A DNA stretch of 64,000 bases. It comes from Lytechinus pictus. Taxonomy: Eukaryota. The notes beneath the pieces are model-generated. The model was not told where the DNA came from and ran no database searches. It was given only the letters and a program-made list of their open reading frames with translations. The stretch covers positions 17,796,001 to 17,860,000 of the forward strand of contig NC_087250.1 in the NCBI RefSeq assembly GCF_037042905.1, given 5' to 3'. Each line of letters begins with the position of its first letter. Position 1 is the stretch's first letter. Below, one piece after another: positions 40,401 through 48,749 of this stretch. The translations under genes and the position numbers were made by a program.

Positions 40401-43400
40401 TTCTCTGATAATTCCAACGTGCCTCGAATCATTAACCATGGTAGTGTTAAGTCCGATCTTCATCGTATCGCGCTTGATATTTTCTCTTACTGTCAGTTGC
40501 ACGATATTGTTATTTCACCGGAATGGTTACCCAGGAGAGAAAATATTTTAGCAGACAAGATCAGTAAATATCGCGATTATGACGACTGGTCTATCGACGA
40601 TCATTCTTTCTCACAAGTAGACAACTTGTGGGGGCCACATACAGTCGATAGGTTTGCCTCCCCCCACAATGCCAAACTTCCCAATTTTAACGCAAGATTT
40701 TTTTGCCGGGGCGTTTCCGCCGTGGACGCATTTTGTCAAAATTGGGAATTTGAAAACAATTACCTCTGCCCGCCAGTATCGTTCATTATTCAAGTAATAA
40801 AGCGCATGGCTGCTTGTAGCGCTGTCGGCACGCTGATAGTTCCCCGTTGGCCTACCTCCCATTTCTGGCCTTTCATTTGCCCCGACGGCATCCATTTTGA
40901 TGCGCACATTCACGATTGGAGGATATTAAATGCTTCATTTACTCCCTCCTCCTTGCACAAAGACAAAGATGTGTTTTGCGAGCAACCGTCATTTTTTACC
41001 CTAGCATTACGATACGATTTTAAGCGCTCGCCTAGAACTTCAAACACCGGTTTTTGTTCTGCTGACTTGGGTTATTGCCCAAATTGTATTTGAAGCAAAC
41101 GAGTCCTTATCATGATCAAGTACTCATATTACGATATTAGCTTTTTGCATTATACAGGCCGATTTGTGCGCCCTTCGTTCCTTTTGTACGATACAGGCCG
41201 ATTTGCGGGCCAATAATATTATTTTGTTCTATCGAGGCTGATTTGCGTACCTATCATTATCTCTATTTATTCTATCCAGGCCAATTTGCGTGCCTAGTCA
41301 CCCCCCCCCCCCGTTTTGTGATATACAGGCAGATTTGCATGCCTAGGTGATGTGCAGCCCTTGCTTGCATTGTAATCACACCTTGCTTAGGTCAATTTAA
41401 GTTCCTGGCAACTTTTTACCCTGTTATGCCTTCTTTTGCGTTTCTCGATAGCTAATAATCATTGCCCAGCTCTGACCAAACATGTTCAATCTTTTGTCAT
41501 TGTTGTTATTTTTCAGTATTTGTCACCTGAGGTAGATAAAGAAAGGAAATTAACTTTCCGACGTTGTAACACATAGGAGGAAAGTGGAATTTCTTTTCGG
41601 TATCCAACGCAAGGTGTTCCTTTTGTGTTTCTTACGTAACTGCGTATTTCGAGTTTTCTCGTTGCGCTAACAAGCATATCTTTTCCATTCTCGGCTCAGC
41701 ATTATTAGCTCGACTTCCCACCCCCCCTTTTTTTGTTCTTACGGCTTTTCCCTCACCCCCCCCCCCCGCCCCTGGTCAAACTTGCATTACTTAGTATTCA
41801 GGAGCAAGGAGCAAGGGAGTGCGCCCTCGCTCGGTACCCTGGGACGCAACCACGTTTCCTCCATGAACTAATATGGGGGTTTTTCGTGGCCTCCGAGTAC
41901 TAGTGTCTCGTACACTAGTCAGGTACTGGGCGCCTTGCATCCTCCTTATTCGTTTCCTGTCGCATTGTTATTCTTTTGATTAAATCTAGGTCTTTTGGAT
42001 ACCTACTTTTGAAAAAGTACGTATTAAGCAGCTTTTGGTTCTACTCATTACTTTGTTTCTTGAAATTTCTCACTCTGCTTACTGTACAGTATGTATGTCA
42101 GTCTTTCGACTGATTTCTTTTTATTAATTTTGTCTAATTTTCTTGCTCTCATGAGCTAACTTTCAGAAACATGGTCCGCCAAGCAAGACTCCATCTCCGA
42201 TCCGCATCTACGCAGCCTAGCCGCTGATGTTCTTCCATCCCTACTCATGTCTGCCAAAGCTTCATCTACCACATCAAAATACAAATCCCGTTGGGACAAA
42301 TGGGTCCAGTGGGCGAGCTCCAAATCTCTACCCACATTTCCAGTCCAAGCGTACCACCTCTGTCTATACCTTTCCCATCTGTCTTCCGTTAGCGGGGCCA
42401 AGACTCTAGCAGATTCCCTCGTCGCGTCAGTGAAATGGGCGCACAGTCTCGCAGGCCTTCCTTCACCCACAGATGACCCTATGGTAAAAACAGCAGTGCA
42501 GGGGTATAACCGGACTCACTCTTCCCCTGTTTGTCGTAAGGAGCCTGTTACACCAGAAATCCTGTCCCATCTTCGCGCATCACACGGTCAGCTCAATGCA
42601 TCTTTAGCTGATCTACGCATTTTGTTTATATGCTTCATTTCTTATGCTGGATTCCTACGCTTCGACGACCTTAGCAGGATAAGAAGGAAGGACTGCACTC
42701 TTCATCATGACAGGCTAGTCCTACACTTACCCTCTTCTAAAACCGATCAATTCCGCCAAGGCAGAGATGTTACCATTGCTAGGACATCCAACCCGACCTG
42801 TCCCGTCATTATAGCCGAGCGATATTTCGCAGCTTTAGGCGATCCTCCTCATTCTCACCTACCAGTGATTCGCAGGCTTGCTCGTTCCAAACGCGGTCTA
42901 GTCGCCACTTCTCACGGCCTAAGTTACACCAGAACTCGCGAGATTGTCCTGGAGGCGTTGAAGCCCCTTGTTCCCGACGTCTCTAAGTTCGGTTTGCACA
43001 GTCTCCGGTCGGGTGGAGCTTCATCCGCTAGTAACAATCGAGTTTCTCCCTTTCTGATTTCACAACATGGTCGTTGGAAGTCAGACAAAGCCAGGGACAC
43101 ATACATAAAATCGGACGCAACGTCAAATCTTCTTCCTTCACAATCCCTCGGGATTTAAGCTTCAAATCCCAATCCTTTATCATTGTTGTCGAGTTAATTT
43201 TCTTGGCTGTGTTTTTGCTTATGCATACTTTGCAATGTTCATATCATTCTGAACAAATATGAGTCTATTGAATAAACAGCGAGCTAATAATCATTGCCCA
43301 GCTCTGACCAAACATGTTCAATCTTTTGTCATTGTTGTTATTTTTTCAGTATTTGTCACCTGAGGTAGATAAAGAAAGGAAATTAACTTTCCGACGTTGT

Positions 43401-46400
43401 AACACATAGGAGGAAAGGTAATCTGCAGTAAGCAATCAATACAAAATCATTCAACTTCTAATATCTTGAATTATATTTACTTCATCAACTGAAATAAAAT
43501 CATTTAGAATATTCAAAAGAAAACCATAATTTTTCGATGGATTTCTGATAATAACGCATCAGTGAAAAGTATTCACATATTATGTGCCATTTCAAATTGC
43601 ACACGATGTTCTTTAAAGCTACACGGGCTAATCAAACGAAGAGAATGTTGAAAGGACAATTCAATCCCAACAGAAAATTGGTTTGAATGATAAGATAAAC
43701 TCCACACTAGCATAACACTGAATATTTAATCAAAATCGGGTTGGAAATAAGGATTTCTCTTTTAAAGTTTCGCTGGATTAAAAATAACATTTGTACAATA
43801 TGCACACTAGCGTACCTATGGGGGGGGGGGGTAGACTGCCCCCTGATGATTCACAACCCATGCAAGGGACGTATCCCCCCCTGACGAGTCACAACTGATC
43901 CCTGACGGGCCACCAGTGGCCCCCTCCTTTGAAGTTGAAGACCTTTTTTTTCTTTTGCTTGTCAATTTTTTTTTTTGGGGGGGGGGGGGGGGGTGCGAAA
44001 TGTCCTTTATATCCTGTTGAGGACCCTTTTTTCTGGCACGAAATCCTATATTTGTGGTTGATGACCCGTTTTTTTTCTTGTCAATTTTTTTGACGGACGA
44101 ATTTGCCCCCCCCCCCCTGTTGAAAATCCTAGGTACGCTACTGAATATGCACATTCTGGTCGCTATGCAAAAGAAGGAACTGATAATGTCACCCACTTGC
44201 TATTTCCTTTGTATTTTATTGCATAAAATATTCTAGATTTTCTCCTCATTCTCATATGAAGCAAGGTTTCATTCCACTCCGAGCATGTGGTATTACCATT
44301 GCTTTAACGATTTTATGGTTCGGTCAAGATGGTCCTCATTGTCAAATCTGTAAAATTGAAATATTACACATTTCAAACAATAAAAATATAGAAGGAAACG
44401 TTAGGGACATCACCGACTCTTTCATACATGTCACTGATTTGTGCATATAACTTTTTTAGGAAAAATAAGCGAAACTTCAAAATATCATATAATTTTACAT
44501 TCAATTGTAATAAAATTTCCAATGTTGTGCATGTTTGATTTTCCTCTATTGAAAATACATGTACATCAAAACCCGTTTGTACTGGAAATTTAGTTTTAAG
44601 TAATTGTTCACCTTGCCAATATCATCTGTCTGATCATTTCATCCTTTGCATAGTGGATTGGTAAGCAACCTGCTTCATCCTTAATATCAATCCTGGCTCC
44701 ATGTTCTAAGAGATAGAACACCAATGCCTTTTCAGGAGATAACCTGCCACTGTAGTATTCTTTGGATACCTGCAACGGATGATTAATTTAGTTTGTGTGG
44801 TAATTATAGTATTTAAACCTAATTAGTCCATAAAGTGTTTGATGCCATTAATATATGTGATAGGCTCAATGATAAAGCAATTTATGGTATGAATTAAATA
44901 ATTACTTTCTCACAAATTTAATAAAGTGAAAAATAGTCTTTTATATGCTTTTTGTTAATTCTTGGTAAGTTTGTATCGTATTGCAATAAGCAGCGGATGC
45001 CAGAAATGCCATGATAATCGTACTTCGTTGACTTAAATGTTTTAAAATCAAAGTGTATACTGAAAACTGAGGCAAATGTATTTTCCAAGACTAACCTTTC
45101 TGAGTGTTTCGGTGTCTTCAACATTCTTGTCCTTTTGGTAGCATAATTTGATAGCTTTATGAAGACATGTCTGACCGTCATTAAACTGTACATTGATATC
45201 AGATCCGTAAGCTATCATCCTCTCAATAATAGATGTATGTCCGTGCATCACAGCTAGATGGAATGCTGCTGAATCATTCTGGATTGACAAAATTATATAA
45301 ACGTAGTAGGAAAATTAGCATTCTTGTAAATTGTAGGGAAAAAAGCATTTATTTAGTAAAATCTTCCTTGTATATCAAACTGAAATAATTAATTCTTTGT
45401 TTGAGTGGTTATCAAACTACTCTTTTTCTGTTCTACTGTTTTCCGCCTTTTTTGACCAAGCATGTTTGCAAAATATACATGAGTATTCTATGCAGTTTAC
45501 AAGGCTCCTACATTTATAATATTGGATGTTACTTGCAGAATGATCAAAATGCAACTTTTCAGCTATTTATAGCTCTGTCAGAGAAAATTTTCGGAATTTA
45601 TGAATTACCTACCTTAGCATTACCGCTGTCGAAAATAAGACCAGCAATATATCTGTGCCCATGTAAAAGCGATTGATGTAAGGGTGTCTGACCGTGAATG
45701 TCTTCTACATCACAACCTGCTCCCCCTGTAAGTAGGACTTTAACAACGTCAATGCAACCATTCTGAACGGCAATATGTAAGGCAGTTGTCCCTTCCTTGT
45801 CGCCCTTATCGACCATAGCCTCTTCACTGATCAGATATTTGATGACGTCAATATGACCATTGGGAGCAGCACTGTGTAATGCAGTCCGACCATTATTATC
45901 CTCCTTATTGACCTCAACTCCTTCACTGATCAGATATTTGATGGCGTCAATATGACCATTGGAAGCAGCACTGTGTAATGCAGTCCGACCATTATTATCC
46001 TCCTTATTGACCTCAACTCCTTCACTGATCAGATATTTGATGGCGTCAATATGACCATTGGAAGCAGCAATGTGTATTGCATTCCGACCATTATTATCCT
46101 CCTTATTGACCTCAACTCCTTCACTGATCAGATATTTGATGGCGTCAATATGACCATTGGAAGCAGCAATGTGTATTGCATTCCGACCATTATTATCCTC
46201 CTTATTGACCTCAACTCCTTCACTGATCAGATATTTGATGGCGTCAATATGACCATTGGAAGCAGCAATGTGTATTGCATTCCGACCATTATTATCCTCC
46301 TTATTGACCTCAACTCCTTCATTGATCAGATATTTGATGGCGTCAATATGACCCATCTCAGCAGCAATGTGTAATGCAGTCTGACCATCATTATTCCCCT

Positions 46401-48603
46401 TATTGACCTCAGCTCCATTACTGATCAAACATTTGATGACTTCAATATCACCATCATCAGCAGCAATATGTAATGCAGCCCAGCCATTACTATCCTCCTT
46501 ATTGACCTCAACCCCTTCACTGATCAGATATTCGATGACGCAAATATGACCATTGGAAGCAGCACTGTGTATTGCAGTCCGACCATTATTATCCTCAACG
46601 GCCTCAGCTCCTTCACGGATCAGAAATTTGATGACGTCAATATGACCATTGGAAGCAGCACTGTGTAATGCAGTCCAACCACTTTTATCTTTCTTATATA
46701 CCTTAGCTCCTTCACCGATCAAATATTTGGTAATTTCAATATGGCCAAACCTAGCAGCACTGTGTAATGCAATCCGACCAATATTATCCTCCTTATTGAC
46801 CTCTGCTCCTTGACTGATCAGATATTTTATGACGTCAATATTACAATTGGAAGCTGCAATTTCTAATGCAGTCCTACCGACTTTAGCCTCCTTATTGATA
46901 TCTGCTCCTTTACTGACCAGATATTTGATGACGTCAATATGACAGTCGGAAGCAGCAATGTCCAATGCAGTCCGACCATCTTTAGCCTCCTTATTGACAT
47001 CCGCTCCACCACTGATCAGATTGTTGATGACGTCAATTTGAGAATTGAAAGCCGCCCTGTGTAATGCAGTCCACCCACTTTTATCGGTCTTGTTGACCTC
47101 AGCTCCCTGGCTTATCAAATATTTCAAGACGTCAATTCGACCAAACCTAGCAGCACGGTGTAATGCAGTCCAACCATCATTATCCACCTTATCGGCCTCA
47201 GCTCCTTGACTTATCAGATATTTGATGACTTCAATATGACCATTTTGAGCAGCATTGTGTAATGCAGTCCGACCATCTTTATCCTCCTTATTGACCTCAG
47301 CTCCTTTACTGATCAGATTTTTGATGACGTCAATATGACAGTCGGAAGCAGCAATTTGTAATGCAGTCCGACCAACGTTATCCTCCTTGTTGACCTCCGC
47401 TCCTTCACTGATCAGATATTTGATGGCGTCAATTTGAGAATTGAAAGCAGCCCTGTGTAATGCAGTCCGACCAACTTTATCCTCCTTGTTGACCTCCGCT
47501 CCTTCACTGATCAAATATTTCAAGACGTCAATTCGACCAAACCTAGCAGCACGGTGTAATGCAGTCCAACCATCATTATCCTTTTTATTGACCTCAGCTC
47601 CTTGACTTATCAGATATTTGATGACTTCAATATCACCATTTTGAGCAGCATTGTGTAATGCAGTCCAACCATTATTATCCTCCTTATTGACCTCAGCTCC
47701 TTTACTGATCAGATTTTTGATGACGTCAATATGACAGTCGGAAGCAGCAATTTGTAATGCAGTCCGACCAACGTTATCCTCCTTGTTGACCTCCGCTCCT
47801 TCACTGATCAGATATTTGATGGCGTCAATTTGAGAATTGAAAGCAGCCCTGTGTAATGCAGTCCGACCAACTTTATCCTCCTTGTTGACCTCCGCTCCTT
47901 CACTGATCAAATATTTCAAGACGTCAATTCGACCAAACCTAGCAGCACGGTGTAATGCAGTCCAACCATCATTATCCTTTTTATTGACCTCAGCTCCTTG
48001 ACTTATCAGATATTTGATGACTTCAATATCACCATTTTGAGCAGCATTGTGTAATGCAGTCCGACCATCTTTATCCTCCTTATTGACCTCAGCTCCTTTA
48101 CTGATCAGATTTTTGATGACGTCAATATGACAGTCAGAAGCAGCAATTTGTAATGCAGTCCGACCAACGTTATCCTCCTTGTTGACCTCCGCTCCTTCAC
48201 TGATCAGATATTTGATGGCGTCAATTTGAGAATTGAAAGCAGCCCTGTGTAATGCAGTCCGACCAACTTTATCCTCCTTGTTGACCTCCGCTCCTTCACT
48301 GATCAAATATTTCAAGACGTCAATTCGACCAAACCTAGCAGCACGGTGTAATGCAGTCCAGCCATCATTATCCTTTTTATTGACCTCAGCTCCTTGACTT
48401 ATCAGATATTTGATGACTTCAATATCACCATTTTGAGCAGCATTGTGTAATGCAGTCCAACCATTATTATCCTCCATATTGACCTCAGCTCCTTCACTGA
48501 TCAGATATTTGATGACGTCAATATGACAGTCGGAAGCAGCAATTTGTGATGCAGTCCGACCATTATTATCCTCCTTATTGACCCCAGCTCCTTGTCTTAT
48601 CAG
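22130..48603 (-). CDS. Ankyrin-repeat / ZU5-UPA / multi-death-domain protein (5'-incomplete, ~2229 aa if the split exon is restored; interrupted by a retrotransposon)
   Basis: Hand-spliced exons, all GT-AG and phase-consistent: 48603-45613, 45278-45096, 44769-44612, [43422-43415 + 38248-38222], 37366-37034, 36684-36437, 33729-33601, 33029-32867, 32534-32489, 31575-31289, 30613-30598, 28545-28286, 27720-27592, 26517-26224, 26021-25773, 25365-25021, 24698-24472, 24184-24050, 23697-23553, 23253-23226, 22418-22130 (TAG). Total 6690 nt with no internal stop seen. Confidence 0.85.
23226..24698 (-). CDS. Exons for the end of ZU5-2, UPA-like domain 2 and linker (24698-24472, 24184-24050, 23697-23553, 23253-23226)
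   Basis: Beta-rich ORFs (DKITFSTRHLQYFAL..LRIYI) with phase-consistent splice sites. Confidence 0.7.
25021..25365 (-). CDS. ZU5 domain 2 exon
   Basis: GIIDHDGGDLKLDEPDIRVSIPSGAIPKG...LITPPIRCS...LLKPATIVLPH is a classic ZU5 signature. Confidence 0.9.
25773..26517 (-). CDS. Death domains 3 and 4 exons (26517-26224, 26021-25773)
   Basis: LELAKALCL...LAWQLLHQWCRR and LIDLSQRLDL...MVLQMLQKWAKQGGTRLRLLEMV..F.FNDAAD are helical death-fold patterns. Confidence 0.75.
26653..27473. mobile_element. Tc1/mariner-type palindromic MITE
   Basis: TA-cagtgcgtccca...tgggacgcactg-TA with long inverted arms. Confidence 0.9.
27592..27720 (-). CDS. Acidic linker exon
   Basis: DDENSDGVTPLDPDVNSDRSPQEPDEDEDEENEDWKIIEYSES, phase 1-1, GT-AG. 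Confidence 0.75.
28286..28545 (-). CDS. Death domain 2 exon
   Basis: IPDCMLLKISRHINKDKFYEIGRQLGFDDLELHHIEH...ANIQMLSLWKA. Confidence 0.85.
28784..30567 (-). mobile_element. Internally deleted Tc1/mariner-type transposon with N-terminal HTH remnant
   Basis: TA-cagtgtgtctctaaaaaaagtaaaccc... with a ~250-bp inverted copy ending ...agagacacgctg-TA. ORF remnant MVQLTIEQRVFLVTQYQETRSFVEVQEAFRVQFPERQPPTK at 29059-29202. Confidence 0.85.
29387..30322. mobile_element. Kolobok-like non-autonomous element nested in the Tc1/mariner element
   Basis: TTAA-ggacgttccacagtta ... taactgtggaacgtcc-TTAA. Confidence 0.8.
31289..31575 (-). CDS. Death domain 1 exon
   Basis: DIDIRTIAQTMDVNQFYDLGIALGFTIAELDRVEY...QQATYDMLLAWRGRQ. 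Confidence 0.88.
31723..32274. repeat. Inverted minisatellite-type MITE built from ttccgaaggttcg / cgaaccttcggaa units
   Basis: The left half has tandem ttccgaaggttcgt and ccgaaaacgaaataaggttcg units; the right half has their reverse complements. Confidence 0.85.
32489..36684 (-). CDS. Exons for the end of ZU5-1, UPA-like domain 1 and linker (36684-36437, 33729-33601, 33029-32867, 32534-32489)
   Basis: PPYCRLYKKHLELYIDHCAEWWVLIP..RLMCTPYVP..FAVNLQFRNDLPG; SVPFNVETKGGDVTITC; phase-consistent splice sites. Confidence 0.75.
33904..35926. mobile_element. TA-flanked non-autonomous DNA transposon containing a nested GC-rich MITE (34249-34417)
   Basis: TA-cacaacaaaaaaagtaagtccccct ... aggggggacttactttttttacttgtg-TA; nested caggggccgcggaa...ttccgcggcccctg. 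Confidence 0.8.
37034..37366 (-). CDS. ZU5 domain 1 exon
   Basis: LEDHGISMYLPPGAV...ESVICYGIRCDPHTLIFNQPVKINIPH is a ZU5 signature. Confidence 0.88.
38453..39091 (+). CDS. Gag-like protein with CCHC zinc knuckle
   Basis: FKSEGNKQQY...RQKLIRLADRSPLGWATVKEY..DDLAENSDDEKR, then CFQCGISGHVRPNC. First ATG at 38453 (ORF open from 38387). Confidence 0.9.
   Translation: MDVDETTPGPATSHNILQAIQALQRKVDSASRKSAKPESSPSFKSEGNKQQYDHAQKIFQCIDDALHSLQDIDIEAAKERLLEASALLTQRQKLIRLADRSPLGWATVKEYIADDLAENSDDEKRLRKAEKAAATKRAETAKKSKIQPPFRAPRSSVPPRIMPGTFRRFNPYRSETRICFQCGISGHVRPNCPALRAARSAVNQQQPSKAPF
38814..41093 (+). CDS. Reverse transcriptase - RNase H - adenine methyltransferase-like polyprotein
   Basis: RT: KLRLVLDLR, FDLKSGYHH, LPFGL, YIDD. 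RNase H: FSDAS, RE, SDN, AD. C-terminal DRFAS...DAF.QNW..NNYLCPP MT-like domain. Overlaps gag in the +1 frame. Confidence 0.93.
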   Translation: MTKNVSERRRRLQPPKGPKQPKSRRFSPPSGPPALLYLLALCLGLFVASTPTVLKPASASSVASPVTSAPTAPLCEPLEVPSTSNSHPRPPSSAPPASSLDPPSGVQGKLRKCLSFWKSELKASKFVCDIIEYGYKIPFDKVPPPFYSKNNKSSLDHPDFVESAISELIQNRCAVEVKQRPYCCNPLTVAEGKKLRLVLDLRHTNQFVAQSKFKYEDLTHIAQVLGSEQFYFSFDLKSGYHHVDIFPPHQQFLGFSWTHSDSVVRYYVFTVLPFGLNSACYLFTKLTRPLVYHWRSHGIIAYMYIDDGLIISPSYESALANLAVVRETIRRSGFVPNEAKCAWNPSSRILYLGFLIDSPSRSIFVPQSKLINLVQSTDELVSFSKAAAPVPVRKLASFAGHVISMNLALGPVARLMTRATYRAIESRSSWSDLIFISESVLNELAFWSANIFSLNGFAFSYRLVPTMQIFSDASDLGFGAHVQDHSHLRVHSLWSPSEKLQSSTWRELTAVYRSLKAFSSHCFNQKIKWFSDNSNVPRIINHGSVKSDLHRIALDIFSYCQLHDIVISPEWLPRRENILADKISKYRDYDDWSIDDHSFSQVDNLWGPHTVDRFASPHNAKLPNFNARFFCRGVSAVDAFCQNWEFENNYLCPPVSFIIQVIKRMAACSAVGTLIVPRWPTSHFWPFICPDGIHFDAHIHDWRILNASFTPSSLHKDKDVFCEQPSFFTLALRYDFKRSPRTSNTGFCSADLGYCPNCI
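42167..43158 (+). CDS. Tyrosine recombinase
   Basis: Catalytic set R (GFLRFDD), K (SKTDQ), HxxR (HSLR), HGRW, Y (DTYIK). First in-frame ATG at 42247; the frame is open from 42160. Confidence 0.93.
43805..44143. mobile_element. hAT-like MITE nested in an older degenerate element (about 43650-44550)
   Basis: TIRs cactagcgtaccta / taggtacgctactg; 8-bp TSD aatatgca on both sides. Confidence 0.85.
44612..45278 (-). CDS. C-terminal ankyrin-cap exons (45278-45096, 44769-44612)
   Basis: AFHLAVMHGHTSIIERMIAYGSDINVQFNDGQTCLHKAI and KALVFYLLEHGARIDIKDEAGCLPIHYA. Confidence 0.88.
45613..48603 (-). CDS. 2991-nt exon encoding about 30 ankyrin repeats
   Basis: 33-aa G-x-TALH-xAA..G...IKYLISxGAEVNK repeats; strong acceptor ttttctccttag at 48604; donor GTAGGT at 45612. 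Confidence 0.95.
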
Positions 48604-48749
48604 CTAAGGAGAAAAGAAAAAGTTAGCCTGTTTTAGAAAATCTATAGGCAAAAAAGCATTTACTTTCATGCATATCAAACGCTTGCCAGTTAAATATGTT
48701 TGCCTAAGAAAATTTCAAATATGCGAGTTTCCAGAACAAGCTAAGTTTT

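Larger units (their letters stand above)
38249..43417 (+). mobile_element. Full-length PAT-like DIRS-order (tyrosine recombinase) retrotransposon with split direct repeats
   Basis: A1 38249-38379 = A2 41582-41712 (131 bp, identical by eye). B1 41450-41584 = B2 43282-43417 (one T indel). Three uninterrupted ORFs. An AAG trinucleotide is shared by both ends and the B1/A2 junction. Confidence 0.93.

Noticed and set aside
41150..41347. CRISPR array
   Set aside because: The repeats are degenerate and short, spacers are only ~20 nt and low-complexity, there are no cas genes, and the context is a eukaryotic retroelement.
38249..43417. Ngaro, DIRS1-type or LTR retrotransposon
   Set aside because: There are no ITR/ICR or LTR/integrase/protease. 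Split direct repeats plus an MT-like domain and no hydrolase ORF favour the PAT group.
46051..46374. Plus-strand repetitive ORF
   Set aside because: Antisense of the ankyrin repeats.
45598..48477. Stand-alone intronless (e.g. endosymbiont-derived) ankyrin gene as in the ORF track
   Set aside because: The frame continues upstream of the Met to a splice acceptor at 48604 and splices in phase to downstream exons.
22130..48603. Ortholog of ANK1/2/3, PIDD1 or UNC5
   Set aside because: The domain order, five death domains and homogenised repeats do not fit; no symbol assigned.
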